64,000 bases of DNA from an uncultured Pseudomonadales bacterium (GCA_964648715.1 CAZYNM010000007.1:1436-65435), one strand, 5' to 3'; shown: positions 27,131 through 37,898, counted from the stretch's first letter. Numbers and translations are program-made. Notes: a model not told the origin generated them from the sequence alone.

Positions 27131-28966
27131 TTATTTCACGACTCGTAGTCGTTCTGCTTCGTAGACTGTCTCTCGAGCAATCTGTACCGCTTGCGACTTT
27201 ACTACAATACCATGATAGCCAAGTTTGACTGCTGTTACCACTAGTTCTTGATTGAATGACTCAAGATGAAGATTGAGTTTAAGGGGCGCATGCACTCGCA
27301 GTGTATTAAGCCGCTGTACTGAAGCGCTGAGTCTTGATAAGAGCGATTCAAGTGCTGTAGTATCACTTTGATAGTGTTCTGCGGTGCTCGGATTGTCTGG
27401 ATCACTGCCAGTAAGTAGCGCTTGTAATGAGGTCACGTTCACCGATATGCCTGCTAGTTTATGAGTAGGATAGGCCTCAATATTTAAGATGTTTTCGGGG
27501 GTATTGGCCTGAAGCCATACTGAAACATGCGTATGTGCTAGAAGACCTGATCGTTCAATTTTGAGCATCAGTGCGGACAGTTCCTGAGGGTGGCGGACAA
27601 ACGGTAGGAGGTACCCAAGGGCTGCTTGTGATCGAGTGGCAACGGTAGCAAGTGCCATGAGTTCACACTGCAAAAGTGCGTCATCAGCAAGCAAGCGTAA
27701 CCCACCACGCAATCCAAGGTACGGATTTTCTTCTTCGTTCTCAAAGGTGTTCGCGTACTTCAAGCGAGTCAGTTCGGCTGATGTGCAGTTGAGTGATCGA
27801 AATAACACAGGTTTAAAGGGCACCATTTCTTGGTATTGCGTAATAGTGTGGGTAAGCGCGTGAACCACTGCCGCTTCCTTGCCCGCCCGTACTAAATGTA
27901 GAGGGTGCACCCCAAAAGTAAAGTACGTGTATTCGCTACGTAAGACACCTATGCCATCAAAGCCACTACCCTGGAAAGGGCGTTTCTGCGGATTACCTGC
28001 AGAAATATAGACTTGTGTGATGGTTTTTTTGTGACTGGGCACTAGTGTGTGATCATCTTCATCTTCAATAACTTCTGTAACCCATAATCCTTGTGAACCC
28101 AATTCCCACTGAATTTTGTGGTGAAAGAGATTTTTTTGCTTTATGCTCTGCCCTACTTGTGCAATTGCCACAGCTTGTTCATCACTGAGACAGGGGTAGC
28201 TTTCATATTTATTGGGTACGGCAGTACGCAACAATTTCTCTGCTGTGCGCTCGTAACGGTGTTTTTTTTGAACTGCCGCTTTGTGAACTACTTGCCAGGT
28301 GCGCACATCAACCTGGTAGGTATCAGCTGCTGTTTCAAACAGTGTGGGGTCTGGGCTGCCCCAGATAGCTGTGAGTGTGATAGCTGGTGCTGCTGCACTG
28401 GTGTGTGATGTGCGGATAAAACCAGATACAACAGGCTGCATCTGCTCCTCAACAATCAGAGGGACTTGTGTAATAGTTGCTAATGATGGTCGATCAGCGT
28501 GATGAATAAGTGCTTGAGCTACGGTGCCCCAAGCTTTTTTAAATGACTCAATGCAATTACTGTCTCCTTGAATCTCGCTAAATTGAGTGCCAGCATATCC
28601 CGGTACATGTTCGCCTGGTACAATTCGGCAAAAGCCTGCAGTAAATAAATGGGCATATGCACGATGAATTTCTACGGTAAACCATTCAGGGAGCATACAG
28701 TATTCAAGTGATTGCTGAATATGTGTGAGAATAGTTGCTCGCTCTGCTGCATGTGCTTGCTGAAGTGCAGCGAGGAGCTTGCCAAGTGAATGCTCAAGAT
28801 GCGATTCTCGAACAATGCGAGCCAGTGTCTCGCGAGGTATTGCGAATTGTTCAGGGAGAGGTACTCCCAGTGCGCTTAAGCGTGTCCGCTCCAGTGCACG
28901 AGACCCAATACTTGATCGAGCATGTTGAGAAAACGCTGACAAAGGAACAAGAACCGGGCAGGCCAT
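27131..28966 (-). CDS. Degenerate PEP synthase-like protein lacking the phospho-His domain
   Basis: GVPLPEQFAI N-terminus; C-terminal GIGVLRSEY, EEENPYLGLRG, LPFVR. No TSH swivel domain. Confidence 0.75.
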   Translation of the reverse strand: MACPVLVPLSAFSQHARSSIGSRALERTRLSALGVPLPEQFAIPRETLARIVRESHLEHSLGKLLAALQQAHAAERATILTHIQQSLEYCMLPEWFTVEIHRAYAHLFTAGFCRIVPGEHVPGYAGTQFSEIQGDSNCIESFKKAWGTVAQALIHHADRPSLATITQVPLIVEEQMQPVVSGFIRTSHTSAAAPAITLTAIWGSPDPTLFETAADTYQVDVRTWQVVHKAAVQKKHRYERTAEKLLRTAVPNKYESYPCLSDEQAVAIAQVGQSIKQKNLFHHKIQWELGSQGLWVTEVIEDEDDHTLVPSHKKTITQVYISAGNPQKRPFQGSGFDGIGVLRSEYTYFTFGVHPLHLVRAGKEAAVVHALTHTITQYQEMVPFKPVLFRSLNCTSAELTRLKYANTFENEEENPYLGLRGGLRLLADDALLQCELMALATVATRSQAALGYLLPFVRHPQELSALMLKIERSGLLAHTHVSVWLQANTPENILNIEAYPTHKLAGISVNVTSLQALLTGSDPDNPSTAEHYQSDTTALESLLSRLSASVQRLNTLRVHAPLKLNLHLESFNQELVVTAVKLGYHGIVVKSQAVQIARETVYEAERLRVVK

Positions 28967-29088
28967 ACAATAATCATACCGCACTCTGTGTCACGAGACT
29001 AGCGTGAGGTACTAATTGTCATCATCAATACCAGCATTTATTTCTGACACAAAGTGTGGCCCTTTGGAGTAAAATGCTTACTCTCTCG

Positions 29089-30171
29089 TTACTTTGCTTT
29101 CTTGAGCTCATTCTTGAACCAATCCACCCATGGGATGGGGGCTGGGTCAATGTTGTGGAGCATAGACAAATAAAACGAGACGTATGCTCCAAAAGTAAGC
29201 ATCTCAAATGCTTGCTCAAGCTTGCTTGCCGTTTTGAGCTCAAGTGTGCGGAACTCTATGTTGTTTTTTTCCAGAACTTGTTCTGTTAGTGAGACACGCA
29301 GTTTGTTGTTGGCACCATACAAGTCTGAGTGCACCATAAAGAACAGTAGCGCATCATCTGTTTGCTCGGGGAAACGTAACCCTTCCATCAGGTGATGATT
29401 AATCTCAGGTATGACGCGGTACTCTGAATATGTCTTGGAGTTTTCATTGAGCTGATTGGCAAAGACGTGCCCCACTCCTTCTAGGTGCTGTGCCACGGTG
29501 ACCACAGGAATGCGAGTCGCAAACTCAAAAGCCAGTATTTTGGCTGGATTTGTTTCTGAATGTATGTTCATGCCGGACAGGAGGTGTGCTTGGGCAATTG
29601 CGTCAAGGACTTTGGTGTAAATGCCTTCATCAACCGTCAGCAGTCCACATTGCGCAAAAAGTGCGATCTGGCCAAAGATGGAGTAGCCCAAACCCATACG
29701 TGGTTGGTTTGAAGGGTTGTAGATAGGATCAAACGTCAAGACTGGGTACCCATGCGACTTCAGAAGCTCTGCCAGCTTACCGCCAGAAGTGATGCCAGTA
29801 ATCTTAGCACCCTTAGAAATGGCATCTTGAGTAGCAGCTAGGGTTTCTTCTGTAGATCCAGAATAGCTGGAGGCAATCACTAGCGTGTTGTTGTCCACAA
29901 ACTGTGGCATGTCATAATCGGGCACAATAGTCACCGGGACTTTGAGCTCTTCTTTAAAAACAGTTTGGATCACATGCGTGCCCAGTGCTGAACCGCCCAT
30001 CCCTGCTACCACTACGTTGGTTACCTCTTTATAAGAAGGATCAATGGTGAGCTTTTTTGCAGTTTCCCAAATTTGTTGCACTTGGCTACCGAGTTGCTCA
30101 ATGGAGAGCAATACTTGGCTTTTATCTAGCACGGCAATTTGCTCGCGTGAGTTAAGAATACTGTCTGACAT
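29089..30171 (-). CDS. Bifunctional phosphoglucose/phosphomannose isomerase (SIS)
   Basis: GMGGSALG, SSYSGSTEETL, QPR, QLNENSK, PEINHH. Confidence 0.92.
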   Translation of the reverse strand: MSDSILNSREQIAVLDKSQVLLSIEQLGSQVQQIWETAKKLTIDPSYKEVTNVVVAGMGGSALGTHVIQTVFKEELKVPVTIVPDYDMPQFVDNNTLVIASSYSGSTEETLAATQDAISKGAKITGITSGGKLAELLKSHGYPVLTFDPIYNPSNQPRMGLGYSIFGQIALFAQCGLLTVDEGIYTKVLDAIAQAHLLSGMNIHSETNPAKILAFEFATRIPVVTVAQHLEGVGHVFANQLNENSKTYSEYRVIPEINHHLMEGLRFPEQTDDALLFFMVHSDLYGANNKLRVSLTEQVLEKNNIEFRTLELKTASKLEQAFEMLTFGAYVSFYLSMLHNIDPAPIPWVDWFKNELKKAK

Positions 30172-30190
30172 AGTTTCCTTTCTGCTCGCG

Positions 30191-31552
30191 TTATGCGAGA
30201 TCCTTCCGTATAAGTCCAAGCACCTCATCTCGCTTTTCTTCCATTTTTGCTTGTGTTGTTGCCTCGAGGTTTAAGCGCACCAATGGTTCAGTATTGGATG
30301 TTCGCACGTTGCAACTCCAGTCGGGGAAGATCACGGACACACCATCTACCTTCAGAATCTGTTGGGCTGTGGAGCCATAGGTTTCTTCTATACGTTGGAG
30401 GACAGTTTTACCATCAACACCTTTGGTATTTATTTCTCCAGAAATAAAGTAGACTCTGCCCAAGTCATCAAGGAGCTCATCAAGACGTTTGCTGCCTTTG
30501 GATAACATGTCCATAAGGTATAGCATAGGTGCAAGTCCCGAATCACACAGGAAAAAGTCCTTGAAGTAGTAGTGACCAGTCACTTCACCAGCAAACACCG
30601 CTCCTTCATCTGACATGCGTTTTTTGATAAATGCGTGACCTACTCTGTTGTACAGTGGTTTGCCACCTTTCTTGGTAATAAGGTCTGGGACAGCGCGTGA
30701 TGCGCGGATGTCATACACAATGGGAGACCCAGGATACTTGTCCAGGAAGTACTCTGACAAGAGCGCAGTCATGAAGTCACCAGAAACGAATCTGCCTTTA
30801 GCATCGATACAGAAGAAGCGGTCTCCATCGGGGTCACAGGCAAAGCCCAGATCTGCTTTTTCAGTCACCACTCGCTGCATAAGCTCTTTGCGATTTTCTT
30901 CAATAAGTGGATCTCCACCGTGGTTGGGGAAGGTGCCATCTGGTTCAAAGTACATTGGTATCATTGTAACTTGAGGAATGTGCTTGAATAATGCTGTAGC
31001 GGATGGTCCTACCATACCGTTGGCTGTATCAATGAGTACTTTCATAGGTTTAATAGAGGTGACATCAACGAGTGAAAGTATTTTTTCGATAAATCCATCC
31101 ATAATGCTCCACTGCTCTACCGTCCCTGGGATAGCAGCTTTGGCGGGGAACTCATCTTTTTCGATAACCATGCGAATGTCTTGAATGCCTTCGTCGCCTG
31201 ATAAGAGGTAGGGAATTTTTCTCACCATTTTGAAGCCGTTATACTCGGCAGGATTATGACTTGCAGTAATCATGATGCCTGGTAAACCTTTGAGCGCGCA
31301 TGCGTAGTAGTACATGTCAGTAGACACCATGCCAACATCAATGACGTTTACACCTGCATCAGTGAGCCCTTTGATGACATTCTCATGAAGTTGAGGGCTG
31401 GAGACACGTGCGTCTCGACCCACCACCACTGTACTTGGCTTCAAGACAGTACTAAAGCCTTGACCAACAACATAGGCGGTTTCATCAAAGAGATTTTTAC
31501 CATAGACACCACGTATGTCGTACGCCTTAAAGATGGAAGGATCAACGATCAT
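30191..31552 (-). CDS. Phosphomannomutase/phosphoglucomutase
   Basis: FKAYDIRG, TASHNP, DPDGDR, GEVTGH, RTSNTEP. Confidence 0.95.
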   Translation of the reverse strand: MIVDPSIFKAYDIRGVYGKNLFDETAYVVGQGFSTVLKPSTVVVGRDARVSSPQLHENVIKGLTDAGVNVIDVGMVSTDMYYYACALKGLPGIMITASHNPAEYNGFKMVRKIPYLLSGDEGIQDIRMVIEKDEFPAKAAIPGTVEQWSIMDGFIEKILSLVDVTSIKPMKVLIDTANGMVGPSATALFKHIPQVTMIPMYFEPDGTFPNHGGDPLIEENRKELMQRVVTEKADLGFACDPDGDRFFCIDAKGRFVSGDFMTALLSEYFLDKYPGSPIVYDIRASRAVPDLITKKGGKPLYNRVGHAFIKKRMSDEGAVFAGEVTGHYYFKDFFLCDSGLAPMLYLMDMLSKGSKRLDELLDDLGRVYFISGEINTKGVDGKTVLQRIEETYGSTAQQILKVDGVSVIFPDWSCNVRTSNTEPLVRLNLEATTQAKMEEKRDEVLGLIRKDLA

Positions 31553-31611
31553 AATTTCCTTTCTTAATAACTCTGTACAAAAGTATGACAAAGTATGATA
31601 GCGCCTTTACT

Positions 31612-32292
31612 CTACAGCGACAAGAAAAAAAGGTCAAGCTGTTGTTCAAGGGTCAGGGCTGATCGACTTTGCTTCTCTGCTAAATCTATCTCAAGAAGAC
31701 GAGCATGGAGTGCAGTTAATGTAGGGAGAGAAAAAAACTGTGCTTGTTTCTTGAGTTTGGCAATCATAAACGGTGCTCCCTTTAGTGTACCATCATCATG
31801 AGCAGCAATGAGCATGCGTATTTGCCGACACAGCATGGCAAAAAGGAAGTGAGCACCATCCTGGGCATACACTTGGTGGGCTGCAACAAGACACTCAGCT
31901 GGTGAGCAAAATGTCCCAAGCTTTTCCACAAACGCAAAGAGTTTCTTACTGAGAGGAAACGCAAACACCTGAGCTTTGGCGAAGGGCTTGAGCATGGTGG
32001 CGGTGAGCTCTCTTTTTTCCCATATGATGCAGTCTTTCTCGCTAGCTGCTATGCACTCAATGAGTGCAGTTTTTTGCTTTGAAGGTTGCAAACTATGCAG
32101 CTCCTCTATGACAATCACTTCTTGATCCTCAAACAGGGATGTACGCTGCAATAGCTCTTGGAGTGTGCTGAGCGTGAGTTCTTTGGCGTGAATAGTAACA
32201 CTCCGCACCCCTTTGGCAGTATAGGAGGTCTTAACTTCAACAAGTTTTTGCCGTGAGTGGGTAAGCTGTTCACCGTGTATGACTGTAAGCAT
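31612..32292 (-). CDS. holA: DNA polymerase III delta subunit (short CPR-type)
   Basis: MLTVIHGE start, SLFEDQEVIVIE, PFMIAKLKKQA, LLEIDLAEK. Confidence 0.7.
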   Translation of the reverse strand: MLTVIHGEQLTHSRQKLVEVKTSYTAKGVRSVTIHAKELTLSTLQELLQRTSLFEDQEVIVIEELHSLQPSKQKTALIECIAASEKDCIIWEKRELTATMLKPFAKAQVFAFPLSKKLFAFVEKLGTFCSPAECLVAAHQVYAQDGAHFLFAMLCRQIRMLIAAHDDGTLKGAPFMIAKLKKQAQFFSLPTLTALHARLLEIDLAEKQSRSALTLEQQLDLFFLSL

Positions 32293-32297
32293 GTGCC

Positions 32298-32969
32298 TTA
32301 GTATAGCGTACCGCCAAAGCGTTTGAACCACAGCCGGTGCATGAGATAGTCGGGACAGTACTGCTCTACCAAAGACCAGAAACGCGTTGAGTGGTTCATG
32401 TGGATCCTATGTGCAAGCTCGTGGATGACCACATAGTCTATATGGTCTGGTGATGCGTGGACGAGTCGCCAATTAAAGTTCAAGTTCCCCTGACTGCTAC
32501 AGCTGCCCCACCGTGTATCTTGTTCGCGCAGCGTGATTGTTCCATACGATACATGCATGACCTCAGCGTACTGTTTAACTCGATGCATGAGGTACACGCG
32601 AGCAGTTTTTTTGAGGAATGATGTTATTTTGTTGTCATATGCTTTTTGCCAAGTCTGATCATGTGTTGCCTCTGGCATATTACAGATAAGTGAGCTGCCC
32701 TGAATAAATACGCCTAAAGGTGCCTGAGAGTCATACTGAGCCTTTTTGTCATACTCTTTGCCAAATATGAGTACGCTCAATTGGTTGGGTGCACGCGCGG
32801 CACGACTTTGAAGTTGACCAGTGATCCATTCAGTGTGTTGTTCTACAAATCGTTTGACTATGAACGATGGTACCCAGGGAGGTGAAGTGACCACAACCTC
32901 GCCTATACGATTCACCTTTACGGTAAGACGCAGAGAGCGGGAACTAGTGACATGTTTGTACTCGATCAT
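32298..32969 (-). CDS. YgjP/DUF45 (M48-like) metallopeptidase family protein
   Basis: TRWGSCS, NLNFNWRL, DYVVIHELAH, NHSTRFW. Confidence 0.9.
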   Translation of the reverse strand: MIEYKHVTSSRSLRLTVKVNRIGEVVVTSPPWVPSFIVKRFVEQHTEWITGQLQSRAARAPNQLSVLIFGKEYDKKAQYDSQAPLGVFIQGSSLICNMPEATHDQTWQKAYDNKITSFLKKTARVYLMHRVKQYAEVMHVSYGTITLREQDTRWGSCSSQGNLNFNWRLVHASPDHIDYVVIHELAHRIHMNHSTRFWSLVEQYCPDYLMHRLWFKRFGGTLY

Positions 32970-33004
32970 GTTGGTTCTTCTAGTGTACAATACGCTGGCT
33001 ACGT

Positions 33005-33091
33005 GCCGAGGTGCTGAAATTGGTAGACAGGCTGGACTTAGAATCCAGTGCCCCTCAACAAGGCGTGCAGGTTCGATTCCTGTCCTCGGCA
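33005..33091 (+). tRNA. tRNA-Leu(UAG)
   Basis: GCCGAGG/CCTCGGC acceptor stem, anticodon loop CTTAGAA, long variable arm, GGTTCGATTCC. Confidence 0.95.
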
Positions 33092-33127
33092 CTCGGTAAG
33101 TAAAATAGATACAGGAAAGGTATCGAC

Positions 33128-33403
33128 ATGACTGAGTTAGCACGAAGTGTAGGTACAGATGCACAAGTATCACCAGAACTGACAAGAGTTGCTCAGGAGT
33201 TATTGGCCATACCAGGCCTATGGGATATGCTTGTTACCCTTATGGAACAGCCCACTGAAGAGAACGCTCTTATACACAGAAATGACACGACTGGAGAATT
33301 GCATGTGGAACCAGTCTCAGACCATCTCCTCGTGCCAGAAGCAGCACTGCATTTCATGAATTATCCATATAATGTGTCTGATCTAGAGGAAGTAGCTGAG
33401 TAA
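33128..33403 (+). CDS. Hypothetical small acidic protein
   Basis: 91-aa ORF with a purine-rich upstream segment (AGGAAAGG), followed by a terminator. Confidence 0.55.
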   Translation: MTELARSVGTDAQVSPELTRVAQELLAIPGLWDMLVTLMEQPTEENALIHRNDTTGELHVEPVSDHLLVPEAALHFMNYPYNVSDLEEVAE

Positions 33404-33407
33404 GCAC

Positions 33408-33440
33408 AAAAAAATCCTGCCAGATGTGCAGGATTCTTTT
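33408..33440. terminator. Rho-independent, probably bidirectional terminator
   Basis: A-tract, AATCCTGC-7nt-GCAGGATT hairpin, then CTTTT, lying between convergent genes. Confidence 0.75.
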
Positions 33441-33548
33441 GTCTCAAGACGGCATTCCGGTGAGGAGATGTCCTCCTGAGGTATTGTTACTATATCAAAT
33501 TATTATAAGACTGTCAATAGTGAACAGAATATATCAGTATACAAACAA

Positions 33549-34235
33549 CTAGCGCTCAATAAATTCAAGTAGGTTAGCATCAGTCTTCTTTTCTTTTCCT
33601 AGCTTGCGATCATCATAGCGCATCTCCGCCATAAACTGGTTTACCGCAGAGGCCCAGCTTCCATCACGCTGTGCACTTGAGGGATTGTACTTGGACTCGA
33701 TGAGTTCAGTGGTCGTCAGGCCTTTATCAATGTAGTTCTCTTTAAGAATCTTAGCAGCAGCAGTAAAGTTGTCTCGGTATGTTTCAAATCCCCAAGTGCC
33801 ACGTTTATGTATGCCAAGACCCAAGCAGTTATGAGAACCCTCAGGCACAACTTTACACAAGTTGCTCTCTTGCATAGCTATGGCAGGCAGTAGGCGGAAA
33901 TCCATCTGATTTGTGTCAGCGAGTTCTACCAAAAACTGTGCAAATTGTGGATCCTCTTTCAAAATAGGTGAGTTGTATCTGGTAAGAAAGTTATGTACAA
34001 GAGGAACACGCGCATCTGCGCTTTCGAGTTGCATAGTTATTTCTTTGGGAAGGCTAGGTGCAGTGCTTCTCTTTTGTGTTAGGCGGTGAGCCGTCTGTGC
34101 ACCAAATGCTACTTGGGAAAGCGATTGCTGCGTGCTGAGCGCGTACCCATACAGGATAAACCAGAATGCCACGGCTCCGGTTAAGAAAAACCACAAACAC
34201 GCAAACTGGAGAAAGATTAGCTTCTTTTTGAACAC
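33549..34235 (-). CDS. Membrane-anchored lysozyme-like/glucosaminidase-like protein
   Basis: N-terminal TM; DFRLLPAIAMQESNL, NCLGLG, KYNP...WASAV. Confidence 0.65.
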   Translation of the reverse strand: MFKKKLIFLQFACLWFFLTGAVAFWFILYGYALSTQQSLSQVAFGAQTAHRLTQKRSTAPSLPKEITMQLESADARVPLVHNFLTRYNSPILKEDPQFAQFLVELADTNQMDFRLLPAIAMQESNLCKVVPEGSHNCLGLGIHKRGTWGFETYRDNFTAAAKILKENYIDKGLTTTELIESKYNPSSAQRDGSWASAVNQFMAEMRYDDRKLGKEKKTDANLLEFIER

Positions 34236-34306
34236 GCGTGCATCATTGTACCAGACGTCTTTTGACTGGACAAAACAGTCTTTCTTTGATATCCTATAAG
34301 TGTACG

Positions 34307-35296
34307 ATGAAATATATTTTTACTCTAATCATCGCGTTTTTGTTACTACTCATAGAGAGCGGGGAGCGTGTCATGGCCTCCGAGCCCACCAGCGTCATTG
34401 GTGTACACATATTGAATACAGGAGAGTTAGGAGAAGCAAAAGAACTTATTACTGTTGACCATGCTGACACATGGCAATATGTAACCATTCCTTTTACTTT
34501 GGCGGACATCGAAAAGAAAGATGAGTGGCAGACGTTTTTTGATTCAGCAAAAGTGCATAAAATTATCCCCCTTGTTCGCCTAGCTACTCGATTTGACGAT
34601 GGCTCCTGGTCTGTTCCTACCCGCAAAGATCTTGTGCATCTTATTACCGCACTCAATACGTTATCATGGCCCACTGATGCCCATCACATCATTATTTTTA
34701 ATGAAGTCAATCACGCCAAAGAATGGGGGGGGCGTATAGATCCTGCGCAATATGCTGATACATTGAGGTTCTCTATAGATTGGGCGAAAAGTGAAAATAG
34801 TAATTTTGTTGTGTTACCAGCGGCGCTTGATTTGGCAGCACCCAATGGCACACAAACACGAGAAGCATTTACATATCTTGAACAACTTCACGCAGCAGAC
34901 CCAGATGTTTTGGGTCGTATAGACGGATGGAACTCACACTCATACCCCAACCCAGGTTTCTCTGCTTCTCCACTTAAGACAGGAAAAAATTCTCTCCGTG
35001 GGTATCAATATGAATTAGCCTTTTTGGAGAAGCACGGTTATCCAGTAAAACCTGTCTATATCACCGAAACAGGCTGGGAAGAAAGTCGGTACACCCGTCA
35101 GGCATTGGTGGCATACTACGAATATGCGCTCAAATATATCTGGTCTGATCCACGCATCAAGGCAGTGACGCCATTTGTGCTACGGGGCGCGCCTGGCCCA
35201 TTTGCTGGTTTTAGTTTTGTTGATCAATCTGGTGCCCCGACTCGGCAGTATCAAGCTCTGCGTACCGCACTGAGTCGCCTGGGAAAATCATCCTAG
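34307..35296 (+). CDS. Secreted clan GH-A glycoside hydrolase
   Basis: Signal peptide; FNEVN (acid/base), SHSYPNP, YITETGW (nucleophile). Confidence 0.75.
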   Translation: MKYIFTLIIAFLLLLIESGERVMASEPTSVIGVHILNTGELGEAKELITVDHADTWQYVTIPFTLADIEKKDEWQTFFDSAKVHKIIPLVRLATRFDDGSWSVPTRKDLVHLITALNTLSWPTDAHHIIIFNEVNHAKEWGGRIDPAQYADTLRFSIDWAKSENSNFVVLPAALDLAAPNGTQTREAFTYLEQLHAADPDVLGRIDGWNSHSYPNPGFSASPLKTGKNSLRGYQYELAFLEKHGYPVKPVYITETGWEESRYTRQALVAYYEYALKYIWSDPRIKAVTPFVLRGAPGPFAGFSFVDQSGAPTRQYQALRTALSRLGKSS

Positions 35297-35345
35297 AAAG
35301 CTCCACTTGTACCGATGAATACGTTTCCAGTATACTGTGCGGATT

Positions 35346-35963
35346 ATGCACTTTGATTTACTTGAGTTACTCCGTTCTCTTGGACCACTGGCAACTGTTG
35401 CAACAATTGGCATTGTTTTTGCAGAGTCAGGTTTGTTCTTTGGTTTTTTTCTACCTGGAGACAGTTTATTGTTTACCGCTGGAGTACTTGCCAGTCAAGG
35501 CTTTATGAACATCTACCTGTTGACCATTGGGTGTTTCATTGCTGCTGTGTTGGGCGATTCGGTAGGGTACTGGTTTGGGCATCACTACGGTCGTAAACTC
35601 TTTACTCGCAATGATTCGTTCTTTTTCAACAAGGATCACCTGTTGAAAGCTGAGCAGTTTTATGAAAAACATGGTAAAAAAACCATCATTTTAGCTCGAT
35701 TTGTACCAGCTGTTCGTACGTTTGCCCCTATAGTAGCCGGCATGGCAAATATGCACTACGATACCTTCTTAAGTTATAACGTGGTTGGTGGATTTTTATG
35801 GACAGTAGGTATGACTGTAGGTGGTTACTTCTTGGGCAGTCTTATCCCTGCTAGCAAAGTAGATCACTATTTGTTGCCCATAGTTGGCACGATTATCGTT
35901 TTATCGCTTATCCCTGCTGTGTGGCATGTTGTTCAAGAAAAATACAGCTCAAACAATAAGTAA
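35346..35963 (+). CDS. DedA family membrane protein
   Basis: FAESGLFFGFFLPGDSLLF, ARFVPAVRTFAP. Confidence 0.95.
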   Translation: MHFDLLELLRSLGPLATVATIGIVFAESGLFFGFFLPGDSLLFTAGVLASQGFMNIYLLTIGCFIAAVLGDSVGYWFGHHYGRKLFTRNDSFFFNKDHLLKAEQFYEKHGKKTIILARFVPAVRTFAPIVAGMANMHYDTFLSYNVVGGFLWTVGMTVGGYFLGSLIPASKVDHYLLPIVGTIIVLSLIPAVWHVVQEKYSSNNK

Positions 35964-36068
35964 CGCATACGCATGTGATATACTTGCATCATAGTAGAAG
36001 GGACTATGATGCATTTGCTTATTATTTTTCTACTTACTATACTCTTGCTGTATCGCTATTTCACTACT

Positions 36069-37418
36069 ATGAAGAAACGTATATCAAGTGTTCCTGTGTT
36101 TGTATTAATTGCCTTAGTTGGCGTGGCTGGCATTGTATTTGCACAAGCCAGTACGTTACTTACCGGTTATTTTGATACTCGATCTCGTGCATCAGAAACT
36201 GCTCTAGGTGCATTGGCGACGGTGCCAGCACAAGTGCTTGACTTGACTTCTTGGAAACTCACGCTGCCTCAAAACACCAGTCTCAACGGTGATCCCGATG
36301 AAATTAAGTATGTAACAGACAGTAATCAGCCTTCTTTGAAGGACTTTACTAGCCAGTATTTTAAAGTAGGACCGCAAGGAAGTGGGGTTGTTTTTAGGGC
36401 GCATGCTGGTGGTGCAACAACAGGAGGATCAAATTATCCTCGTTCAGAACTGCGAGAAATGTGGCCGTATTATCAATCAGCTGCTTGGTCAAACACTTCA
36501 GGAACACATAGCCTATTTGTAGAACAAGCAGTTACTGCACTGAATCTGGATCGTAAACACGTGGTGGTAGGTCAAATTCACGATGCAGATAGCTATGAGG
36601 TGTTCTATAGGTTAGAAGACAACAGGCTCTATATTCAATCAAAGAATACCGATTTTGAACAACTCGGTTCTTTGCCGCGCACCAAAAAGCGTCTCATTGA
36701 TGGTAATTACACGCTGGGTAAACGCTTTACTATAGAGTTTGTGTCTGCCCAAGGCAAAACAGACATGTATTACAATGGCGCACTGGTTGCTACCATGGTT
36801 CAGAACATTACTGGAGCTTACTTTAAAGCTGGAGCATACTTACAAGCATCTTGTACATATGCAGCAGACGGATGGGCAAAAGAACGCAACTGTGACAACT
36901 ATGCTGAGGTACAGATTACCGCACTCCAAGTTTGTCATTCTGGCGTTTGTAAAGGCAGTCGCACTGCTGCTGCACCTGTGCCTACTATTGCACCCAGTCC
37001 CACAGCTTCTGTCTCTCCTACCCTGACCCCGGCACCAACTATTTTTCCAACTCCTACGGTGAAACCGACAACAAGTCCTACTCCTCGTCCTACAACAACC
37101 GCATCTCCTTCTCCACAACCAAGTCCTATGACCGGTGCACCGGTGCTTCAGAGTCTTGAATCACCCAAAGACAGCAGAATTACTGTTACTTGGATGGGCA
37201 TTGCAGGTGCAAAAGAGTATCGTGTATACCTATCAAAGCCAGACCAAAATAGCAACTTTTATGTAGAAAATACTGTTGATGCAAAACGAGATACTGCAGT
37301 CTATACTCGCACTTTAGAAAAAAAGAGTAATAAGCGCTATTATGTGTACGTTACCGCTGTAGACCAAAACGGAAAAGAGTCTGCAGCAAGTGCCACACTC
37401 TCTGTGCTGGTAAAGTAG
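36069..37418 (+). CDS. Polysaccharide lyase family 7 (alginate-lyase type) with Pro/Thr linker and FN3-like domain
   Basis: WKLTLP, YPRSELRE, VGQIH, YFKAGAYLQ; PT-rich linker; C-terminal YYVYVTAVDQNGKES. Confidence 0.88.
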   Translation: MKKRISSVPVFVLIALVGVAGIVFAQASTLLTGYFDTRSRASETALGALATVPAQVLDLTSWKLTLPQNTSLNGDPDEIKYVTDSNQPSLKDFTSQYFKVGPQGSGVVFRAHAGGATTGGSNYPRSELREMWPYYQSAAWSNTSGTHSLFVEQAVTALNLDRKHVVVGQIHDADSYEVFYRLEDNRLYIQSKNTDFEQLGSLPRTKKRLIDGNYTLGKRFTIEFVSAQGKTDMYYNGALVATMVQNITGAYFKAGAYLQASCTYAADGWAKERNCDNYAEVQITALQVCHSGVCKGSRTAAAPVPTIAPSPTASVSPTLTPAPTIFPTPTVKPTTSPTPRPTTTASPSPQPSPMTGAPVLQSLESPKDSRITVTWMGIAGAKEYRVYLSKPDQNSNFYVENTVDAKRDTAVYTRTLEKKSNKRYYVYVTAVDQNGKESAASATLSVLVK

Positions 37419-37421
37419 AAA

Positions 37422-37898
37422 ATGGCATCTTTCGCGCAAACCAACAAACATGTGCCCCTTACGTCAGAGGCGTATGCCGAGTTGACGACCAAGATTGCGC
37501 GTCTGCAAAAAGAGGTTCAAGAAGCACAAAAAAGAGTGAATGAAGCTCGTGAGCAAGGTGATTTATCTGAGAATGGCGCCTACAAATATGGCAAACTTGA
37601 ACTTGGTTCACTCCGTAGACAACTTTTTCAAGCTGAGCGATTGCTTGCCACTGCGTATGTGGCTCAACCAGAAACATCTCAAGAAATAATTGGATTTGGT
37701 AGTATAGTTACTATTCAATCACAAGGAATAGTTGCTACCTATACGTTGGTGAGTCATCATGAGTCAGATATTGCAGCCCGCAAGTTGTCACTACAAAGCC
37801 CGTTGGGCAAAGCATTGTGCAATAAAAAAGAGGGCGATGTGGTGTCTGTCTCTGCTCCCAAAGGCGTTCAAGAATGGCGCATCATGCATGTAGAATAG
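37422..37898 (+). CDS. greA: Transcription elongation factor GreA
   Basis: AREQGDLSENGAY, SPLGKAL. Confidence 0.9.
   Translation: MASFAQTNKHVPLTSEAYAELTTKIARLQKEVQEAQKRVNEAREQGDLSENGAYKYGKLELGSLRRQLFQAERLLATAYVAQPETSQEIIGFGSIVTIQSQGIVATYTLVSHHESDIAARKLSLQSPLGKALCNKKEGDVVSVSAPKGVQEWRIMHVE

Noticed and set aside
36960-37135. Repetitive CCN-ACN-rich stretch
   Set aside because: It encodes the Pro/Thr linker of the PL7 protein and is not a DNA repeat element.
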